Of a stretch of DNA of 64,000 bases, positions 57,470 to 64,000 are shown one piece after another; the first letter of the stretch is position 1, and every line of letters begins with the position of its first letter. Under the pieces are notes generated by a model. It saw nothing but the letters and a program-made list of their open reading frames with translations, made no database searches and was not told where the DNA came from. Source of the stretch: Candidatus Actinomarina sp. (GTDB lineage: Bacteria > Actinomycetota > Acidimicrobiia > Actinomarinales > Actinomarinaceae); the NCBI GenBank assembly GCA_045563135.1, contig JBJKUL010000001.1, forward strand, positions 14,244 to 78,243, given 5' to 3'. The position numbers and the translations under genes were made by a program.

Positions 57470-58442
57470 TTTTTTCATAGGTAGATAAAGCAAACCTGTC
57501 CGTCATTCCGGCCACATAGTCTATAGCATTTTCAATATCTGACTGATCTTGTCTGTAGGATTCAGGTAGTTCGTTTAAATTTTTTACAAAATATTCAACC
57601 AATTTGATAACAATATTCTTACATTCTGCTCTTTGTGTTTCAGTACCTTTCCTTAGATAAACTTTTTCGAACATAAAATTTCTCAGATCTTGCATATTTT
57701 GTGCCACCTCTGAATCCATTTCGACCTTCCCGCTAGATGAAGCTTTAAAAATCCCAGAGATTAAGCTGTTAATCCAATTTTTTCCTGGAGGGCCAAGTTC
57801 TTTAATGATAGAGGTGGGAATGTCGTTTTGACTTAACACGCCCGCTCTAATTGCATCTTCAACATCATGGGTTAGATAAGCTATTCGGTCAGCAAACCTA
57901 CAGATCATACCTTCTTGGGTACTCGGTTCATCAGCGTACTTCCATGGATGTATACGGATACCATCTAGTGTTTCAAATGAGAGATTAAGGTTTTCGACAC
58001 GATCTAATACCTTAACAGAGTTTTCCGAATGGCTCCATCCACTCGGATGAAGTTCATCCAAAGCGTCTTCTCCAGTATGACCAAAAGGAGAGTGACCAAC
58101 ATCATGGCCCATACAAATTGCTTCTGTAAGATCTTGGTTTAGTCCCATAGTTTTTGCAATAGATCTTCCTACTTGTGTTACTTGTAAAGTGTGAGTCATT
58201 CGTGTTATGAAGTGATCACCATCTGGATTTATGAATACTTGGGTTTTATGCTTTAGCCTTCTAAAGGCTTTTGAATGAATAATACGATCACGATCTCTTT
58301 CATAAACTGTACGAAACATATCCTGATCTTCGGGTTTACCTCTACCTTTAGATTTTTCTGATAAGGCCGCATAGCTCGATAGTGTAATTCTTTCGTTCGC
58401 TTCTCTCCACAAGCGATCTCTAAGAATAAATGAATCATTCAT
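57462..58442 (-). CDS. dgt: dGTP triphosphohydrolase (HD family)
   Basis: RDRDRIIHS.AFRRL.HKTQV, HDVGH.PFGH, AD.IAY..HD.ED and GMTD. Confidence 0.95.
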   Translation of the reverse strand: MNDSFILRDRLWREANERITLSSYAALSEKSKGRGKPEDQDMFRTVYERDRDRIIHSKAFRRLKHKTQVFINPDGDHFITRMTHTLQVTQVGRSIAKTMGLNQDLTEAICMGHDVGHSPFGHTGEDALDELHPSGWSHSENSVKVLDRVENLNLSFETLDGIRIHPWKYADEPSTQEGMICRFADRIAYLTHDVEDAIRAGVLSQNDIPTSIIKELGPPGKNWINSLISGIFKASSSGKVEMDSEVAQNMQDLRNFMFEKVYLRKGTETQRAECKNIVIKLVEYFVKNLNELPESYRQDQSDIENAIDYVAGMTDRFALSTYEKIT

Positions 58443-58458
58443 GTTTTTAGATTAAACA

Positions 58459-59004
58459 TTAAAAGGAATTTAATAAAGGAATTAAATCAGACCACACTGA
58501 GATACTATACGATCCATCAAGGTGCGAGTTATAGGGTCTCTCAAACCTTATAATTTTCTTCTCTGGAACTTCTCTAAGAAAATTTTCTAGTTGATATGGA
58601 GCATCATCAAGATATACATCACAACTTACTGTCCATTTATCTTCTATAAAATGAACTTCTTTTGTTGGAATCTTATTCTCCCCAAGCCAAATAAGTGTGT
58701 CATGAATAGACCACCATGGTTTTGATGAGATGATGACAATTTCATGACCCATCTTTGAGAGTTCTACTAAAGTCTCTTGGGAGTTTTCATACAGTTCTAA
58801 ATGTCTAAATATAGATGACCCATTTATATCCATAGCCCAATTCCAAAAATCTAGGTCATTTTCAAAGTGAGTTAGAGGTTTAGATAGACCCCAGTCAGTT
58901 ATCTCATCCTCAGAAATCTGTTTTCCAAAGTCCAAAGCGTACTGAGTAGTCCAGCCTTTTGTGAAATCTGCAACCACTCCATCTAAATCTACACCAATTC
59001 TCAT
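58459..59004 (-). CDS. 5'(3')-deoxyribonucleotidase (HAD, NT5C family)
   Basis: DLDGVVADF, K...CD.YLDD and PYN. Confidence 0.88.
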   Translation of the reverse strand: MRIGVDLDGVVADFTKGWTTQYALDFGKQISEDEITDWGLSKPLTHFENDLDFWNWAMDINGSSIFRHLELYENSQETLVELSKMGHEIVIISSKPWWSIHDTLIWLGENKIPTKEVHFIEDKWTVSCDVYLDDAPYQLENFLREVPEKKIIRFERPYNSHLDGSYSISVWSDLIPLLNSF

Positions 59005-59063
59005 TTGACTAAGTTTAATTCTTTGGTGCATTATAGAAGAGAAATCTATTACCATTTAATATT

Positions 59064-60593
59064 ATGCAACAAGCACTTTACAGGAAATATCGACCAGAAA
59101 AACTTACAGAGTTAGTAGGGCAAGAAGAGGCAGTCTCCTTAATTTCAAAGCAGATTGAAAAAGGTAACCTAGGTCATGCATATCTTTTTTCAGGCCCAAG
59201 AGGTGTTGGAAAAACCTCTTTAGCAAGAATAATTGCTACTCAGCTGGGATGCGATCCTGTATTTGACATTACTGAAATTGATGCTGCTTCTAATAACAAA
59301 GTAGATGATATTCGAGATATGAACGAAAGTGTTAATTTTATCGCAAGCAGTCCTGGTCAAAAAAGAGTGTACATTCTAGATGAGGTTCACATGTTATCAA
59401 ATGCAGCTTCTAATGCATTTTTAAAAACATTAGAGGAACCGCCAGAGCATATAATTTTTATTCTTGCAACAACTGAACCCGAAAGAGTACTAGAAACAGT
59501 CAAAAGCAGAACAACACACATAGTTTTTAAGAAAATACCAGAACTAGAAATTGTGAAAACGCTTGAGGAAATTGGAAAAAAAGAAAAAATGATCATGAAT
59601 AATGAGGTTTTAAATACTATTGCTACATTTTCAGACGGATCTTTAAGAGATGGAATTAATTTATTTGAGCAGACCTTTAATACTTTTGGAAAAAAGACAA
59701 CAGTCGACGACTTATACGGAATATTAGGAAAACTAAGCACAAAAGAATTTGAAGTTATTATTAACTCCATAGAAATACAAGATACAGCTTCTGTTCTCGA
59801 GGTATTAAGGGAAGCCTATCAGAAGGGTTTACAACCAAGCGATATTGTAGACTCCATCTCAGAATTTTTTAGAAATATGTTTTATTTAAAATATCTCCCT
59901 GGAGATTCAAAGTTAGACAATCTAACCCCAACTCTTAAAAAGTTATTAGAAACTGCTGACAAAAAGGTAAACGCAAAGCAGCTAATTCGAATTTTAGATT
60001 TAATTGATGAGTTAAATCACAATTTGTCAAACAGCACTTCTCAGCATCTCAAGCTCGAATTATTTTTGATGAAAGTTATTAAGCCAGAATTAGGGTCTGA
60101 TATTAAAACCGTTAGTTATAGAGTTGATTTACTAGAAGGTAAAATTTCAAATAACAAAACATCCACTCAGGCGATGAATTCCAATAAAGACAAAGAGGTG
60201 ATAGTAGAAACACAAGAGGTACCGAAAAATACAAATGTTACAAAAAGGACATCTAAAAAAGAATCCTTAGGTAATTTTGATGTTTATTGGCCAAAAATAC
60301 TAGAGGAAATGAAAAGCGAACTATCACCAAGAAAATTTTCTTATCTAACAGCTGTAAGAGCTGAAGTTGAAGAAGATACTATAAATCTAATTGTTGATAA
60401 AGAGAATGAATTTTTATTTGAACAGCTTAAAAAATCTCAAGAAATTACAGATTTATTACAGTCTATTGTTGCAAAATTGATGGGCTTAGAAGTTTCAGTA
60501 AAAGTTTCACTAAACCCCAATGCAAGATTAGATGATGGCAAAAAAGGATTGAGTGTAGCTCAAGAAATTTTTGATGTGGAAGATTTAAACTAA
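59064..60593 (+). CDS. dnaX: DNA polymerase III gamma/tau subunit
   Basis: LYRKYRP, GPRGVGKT, DEVHMLS, LKTLEEPP and G.LRD. Confidence 0.96.
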   Translation: MQQALYRKYRPEKLTELVGQEEAVSLISKQIEKGNLGHAYLFSGPRGVGKTSLARIIATQLGCDPVFDITEIDAASNNKVDDIRDMNESVNFIASSPGQKRVYILDEVHMLSNAASNAFLKTLEEPPEHIIFILATTEPERVLETVKSRTTHIVFKKIPELEIVKTLEEIGKKEKMIMNNEVLNTIATFSDGSLRDGINLFEQTFNTFGKKTTVDDLYGILGKLSTKEFEVIINSIEIQDTASVLEVLREAYQKGLQPSDIVDSISEFFRNMFYLKYLPGDSKLDNLTPTLKKLLETADKKVNAKQLIRILDLIDELNHNLSNSTSQHLKLELFLMKVIKPELGSDIKTVSYRVDLLEGKISNNKTSTQAMNSNKDKEVIVETQEVPKNTNVTKRTSKKESLGNFDVYWPKILEEMKSELSPRKFSYLTAVRAEVEEDTINLIVDKENEFLFEQLKKSQEITDLLQSIVAKLMGLEVSVKVSLNPNARLDDGKKGLSVAQEIFDVEDLN

Positions 60594-60931
60594 GACTCTT
60601 TTAAATTTAATTCACTCAAAGCGACTGTAATTCTTCTAGAACCCTGATTTTGTGCGCTTTTACACAACTCAATAAAACTTCTTAGCTCTCCAGTTCTAAA
60701 TTTTTTAAGACTGTCACCTGTAGAAATTGACCCACTTCTCTCTCTTTCAAGTAGCTTTATTTCTATCTCTTTTGCTCTAGCTAAATATGTACTACTAACT
60801 TCAAATAACGTATCTATTCCATCTGATATCGGAGGATTAATATGTCCCATTAACACATCAATATATTCATTAATCTCTTGGTGGAGTTCTTCAACATTAG
60901 ACAACCCCTTTTTTAAGGGAAATTTTTGCAT
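60590..60931 (-). CDS. Hypothetical helical protein
   Basis: 113-aa ORF coupled to murJ; motif-like YLARA.E, KFRTGELRSF and GSRRIT. Confidence 0.8.
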   Translation of the reverse strand: MQKFPLKKGLSNVEELHQEINEYIDVLMGHINPPISDGIDTLFEVSSTYLARAKEIEIKLLERERSGSISTGDSLKKFRTGELRSFIELCKSAQNQGSRRITVALSELNLKES

Positions 60932-62427
60932 TACCTTATCCTTTTCAAATTAACATATTTCATTTTAACGAGAAAGAGGGACAGGAAGATGAGTATCAGG
61001 ATAAATAACGAATCAATTATTACTTCGAAAATAAGATTACCTGAGTATATATTGATGACTGTTGTTAAGAAATATACTGCTGTACCTACTAGAAATATTT
61101 TCAAGAAATCTAACATCTGTGACTTGTTAACAATTCTTTCTTCTTTAACTTTTAAGAAGAAAGTTAAAACTAACATATTCAACCATAGAGATGAAATAAT
61201 TATCCCTGCATAATTTGCTTCGGTGGGAGCACTGTTTAACTTCAAAAGAATAACTGTAACCAGTGTTATTGAGGTCCCAACCCAAACAGGAAACCAGTAA
61301 TTTCTTTGGACATAATATGATCTTGTAACAATCTGATTTATTGACCATGGAATTAAGCCAAAAGAAACAATAAGAAATATCTTAGAAACTCTTAAAGTAT
61401 CTTCACCAGTAAACAATCCACGTTGATAGATAAGGGTGATAATATTTTCTGAGTTACTTATAAAAAGAATTAAAACACCAGTATTTATTATCGCTAAGAC
61501 AGACAGTTGTTTTCTAACTAATAGCTTGAAATCTTCAAGTTTATTTTCAACATATAGATTTGATAAAGTTGGATAACTTGCAACCCCCACCGCTTGGGCT
61601 ACAACCCCTACAGGTATTAAGGCAACTCTTCTTGCGTACCTAAAAGAAGCAATAGAGCCTGTAGTGAGAAAAGACCCAAAGTAGCGAAAGAGTTGCTCAT
61701 CTACTACTGCAATAGATTGTCCCACAATCAAAGGAAGAGAAATGGTCATATATTGTAAAATATGTTCACCTTTAGGTTTCAACAATTTAAATGAAAGTCC
61801 ATTTTTTTTAGCACCAATAATCTGTATCAAAAAATGACCTAATATTGAACCAATTAATCCACCAATTGCAAAACCGTATACTGTTGATTCAGGAGAGGAT
61901 GAATAAATCCAACCGAATAAAATAATACATGAATTGTATATCACAGGAGCTGCAGCAGCATATCTAAAATCGTTTTTAAAGTATTGAAACGACATAAGTA
62001 TTGCGCCTATGAAAAAAAATGTTTGACTAAAAACTATTGGGCTAAATAGTTTTATAAACAACTCAGGGTCATTTACGTTCAATAAGTCAACGATTTGATT
62101 TCTCAAAAAGAAAAAGACGGTAGAAATTAATAAGAACACTATTGCTAGACCGTATAAAAGTGAAATAAAATAGTCATTTAGAGTTTCTTTATTATTCTTA
62201 GATAGGTCGCTAAGTATTGGTATAAGAGTTATTGCCAAGTATCCACCTGCAGACAAGTAAAATAAAAAGTCTGGAATTATAAAAGCTAAATCTAATGTAT
62301 CTGATGCATCTGACACACCAGTCCACTGAGCTAGAAGTATCTCCCTAAAGAAACCTAATACTCTGCTCATAAGATATGATATTGAGACAAGAGAGATAGA
62401 TCCAATTAATTTTTTAGAGTTGAGCAT
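60931..62427 (-). CDS. murJ: Lipid II flippase MurJ/MviN
   Basis: SRVLGF.RE, AF.IPD, YA.R...P.GV, Y.RG.F and R.YY. Confidence 0.92.
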   Translation of the reverse strand: MLNSKKLIGSISLVSISYLMSRVLGFFREILLAQWTGVSDASDTLDLAFIIPDFLFYLSAGGYLAITLIPILSDLSKNNKETLNDYFISLLYGLAIVFLLISTVFFFLRNQIVDLLNVNDPELFIKLFSPIVFSQTFFFIGAILMSFQYFKNDFRYAAAAPVIYNSCIILFGWIYSSSPESTVYGFAIGGLIGSILGHFLIQIIGAKKNGLSFKLLKPKGEHILQYMTISLPLIVGQSIAVVDEQLFRYFGSFLTTGSIASFRYARRVALIPVGVVAQAVGVASYPTLSNLYVENKLEDFKLLVRKQLSVLAIINTGVLILFISNSENIITLIYQRGLFTGEDTLRVSKIFLIVSFGLIPWSINQIVTRSYYVQRNYWFPVWVGTSITLVTVILLKLNSAPTEANYAGIIISSLWLNMLVLTFFLKVKEERIVNKSQMLDFLKIFLVGTAVYFLTTVINIYSGNLIFEVIIDSLFILILIFLSLFLVKMKYVNLKRIR

Positions 62428-63292
62428 GTTTTTCTTTCATGATTTCAAGAAATTCATACGGAACTTTGATTGGAGTGTTTTCATATCCAAATCCTAAATT
62501 TATATTTGGTTTTATATCACCATGATAATCAGAGCCACCACATTCAAGAAGATTTAATTTTTTAGCAATATTTGAAATTTGACCTGTAATGCTTTTGTTG
62601 TAACTTGAGTAAGAACTTTCTAAACCATTAATCCCAAAACTAGCTAAATCTTGTATGTGGCTGAAAAATGTTTCATTAACCCAGTTTTCTGACTTAGAGA
62701 ATTTTTCATTACTCATGAGTGTGTGTGGATGAGCTAAAAAAACAAGGGACTTAGACTCTTTTGATAACTCAATAATTTTCTTGATGTCTGGTTGGTGACT
62801 TCTGGAGTCTCCAATCTTTCCATTACCCAAATATTTAATAAAAGCCTCATTAATTGAATTAACATAGCCCTTATTTTTTAAAATACTTGCGATGTGTGGT
62901 CTTCCAGGGACTCTAGTTTTAAAATTATTTAGTTCAGACTTATCTATATCTAAGCCTTCATTTTGTAAATTATCAATAATTTCTAAATTTCTAATCTCTT
63001 TTAAACGTCTGATTTCTTCAAGAAATATTTCAACAGGAGAATCCTTCTTTATAAAATATAGCAACAGGTGTAAACCTGCATATGCATTAGATTCTTCAAG
63101 TTCTTCCCAAGATACGCTTACTTCAACTCCATTAATTATTTCTATTTCATCGTTACTTGGCAATCTTGTGAGGTATTCATGATCGGTAATAGAAATAGCT
63201 TCAAGTTGCAAATCTATGGCTTTTTGTATGATTACCTCTGGGCTATCTGTTCCATCAGAATTTTCAGAATGTATATGTAAATCAATACTCAT
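62414..63292 (-). CDS. PHP-domain phosphoesterase (YciV/TrpH-like)
   Basis: DLHIHS..SDG, ITDH, GRPHIA, AHP and GGSDYHG. Confidence 0.93.
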   Translation of the reverse strand: MSIDLHIHSENSDGTDSPEVIIQKAIDLQLEAISITDHEYLTRLPSNDEIEIINGVEVSVSWEELEESNAYAGLHLLLYFIKKDSPVEIFLEEIRRLKEIRNLEIIDNLQNEGLDIDKSELNNFKTRVPGRPHIASILKNKGYVNSINEAFIKYLGNGKIGDSRSHQPDIKKIIELSKESKSLVFLAHPHTLMSNEKFSKSENWVNETFFSHIQDLASFGINGLESSYSSYNKSITGQISNIAKKLNLLECGGSDYHGDIKPNINLGFGYENTPIKVPYEFLEIMKEKHAQL

Positions 63293-63349
63293 TACAAACT
63301 AGAGTACTAGGTCTGTTATATCTTCAAATAGTTCATTAGAATGTTTCCA

Positions 63350-64000
63350 ATGAGTTTAATAGTTCAAAAATATGGTGGAACAAGCGTAGCGAATCCTGAA
63401 TCGTTAAAAATTGTTGCGGAAAAAATAATCAATGCAAAAAAAGAGGATAATCAGGTTGTAGTAGTTGTTTCTGCGATGGGTTCAAGCACCGATGAATTAA
63501 TCTCTCTTGCTAACGAGCTTTCAGAAGAACCTTCACCTCGTGAAATGGACATGCTCCTTTCTGCAGGAGAAAGAATAACGATGTCACTTCTTGCAATGCA
63601 TCTTAATAGCCTGGGATACGACTCTTTTTCTCTTACAGGTTCTCAGGCAGGAATTATTACAACTTCTCGTCATGGTCGCGCTGAAATTGAAAAAATTTCT
63701 GGCGAAAGGGTAAGAGAGGGTCTTGAAAAAGGAAATATAGTTATTGTTGCAGGATTTCAAGGTTTTAATCCTGACACGAGAGAAATAACAACTCTTGGCC
63801 GAGGCGGATCAGATGCTACAGCAGTAGCACTTGCTGCTTCTTTAAATGCAGCTAGATGTGAAATCTATACAGATGTAGATGGTATTTTTACGGCTGATCC
63901 AAGAATTACTGAAAAAGCAAAACTGTTAAAAGAGATAACATATGATGAAATGCTTGAAATGGCTTCAACTGGAGCTAAGGTGTTAATGGCTAGGTCGGTT
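63350..64000 (+). CDS. ask: Aspartate kinase, 3' end outside the window
   Basis: Hand translation MSLIVQKYGGTSVA...VVSAMG...TTLGRGGSD...IYTDVDG..TADPR. Confidence 0.95.
   Translation, partial: MSLIVQKYGGTSVANPESLKIVAEKIINAKKEDNQVVVVVSAMGSSTDELISLANELSEEPSPREMDMLLSAGERITMSLLAMHLNSLGYDSFSLTGSQAGIITTSRHGRAEIEKISGERVREGLEKGNIVIVAGFQGFNPDTREITTLGRGGSDATAVALAASLNAARCEIYTDVDGIFTADPRITEKAKLLKEITYDEMLEMASTGAKVLMARSV

Noticed and set aside
57462-59004. dGTPase plus nucleotidase as an anti-phage nucleotide-depletion system
   Set aside because: Short housekeeping-type Dgt in core context next to dnaX, with no defence genes nearby.
60250-60275. Programmed -1 frameshift in dnaX at TCT AAA AAA GAA
   Set aside because: Not an in-frame A-AAA-AAG heptamer, no clear stimulatory hairpin, and A runs are common in this genome.

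Overview
Low-GC, densely packed bacterial chromosome segment spanning the replication origin. Gene order and content (rpmH-dnaA-dnaN-dciA-like-gyrB-gyrA-DUF3566, CwlM-like, crgA, pknB, pstP, leaderless promoters) point to a streamlined, probably marine actinobacterium such as Ca. Actinomarina; this taxonomy is an inference. Core genes occupy about 1-18.6 kb and 46.6-64 kb. Between them lies a 28-kb accessory block. It holds a B12-riboswitch/BtuF unit, a DUF2090-aldolase/PPi-PFK pair, a TPP-riboswitch/ThiV-like transporter, three unannotated micro-proteins, and a Nur-box-controlled nikMN followed by an unrecognised structured RNA. It also holds an 11-kb envelope module: an OmpR-type two-component system, four paralogous tandem Cys-pair lipoproteins, a MacAB-like ABC exporter, shared operator boxes, and a GC-richer gene cassette flanked by direct repeats. 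Core-gene oddities include a perfect (KKPAA)6 repeat and an unusual QRDR in GyrA, a Cys-to-Asp zinc ligand in TadA, a DnaX without its zinc module, and non-canonical DnaA boxes paired with an altered DnaA signature. Seven tRNA genes were found. No CRISPR array, rRNA, integrase or transposase was seen. All calls were made by eye, with no database searches.
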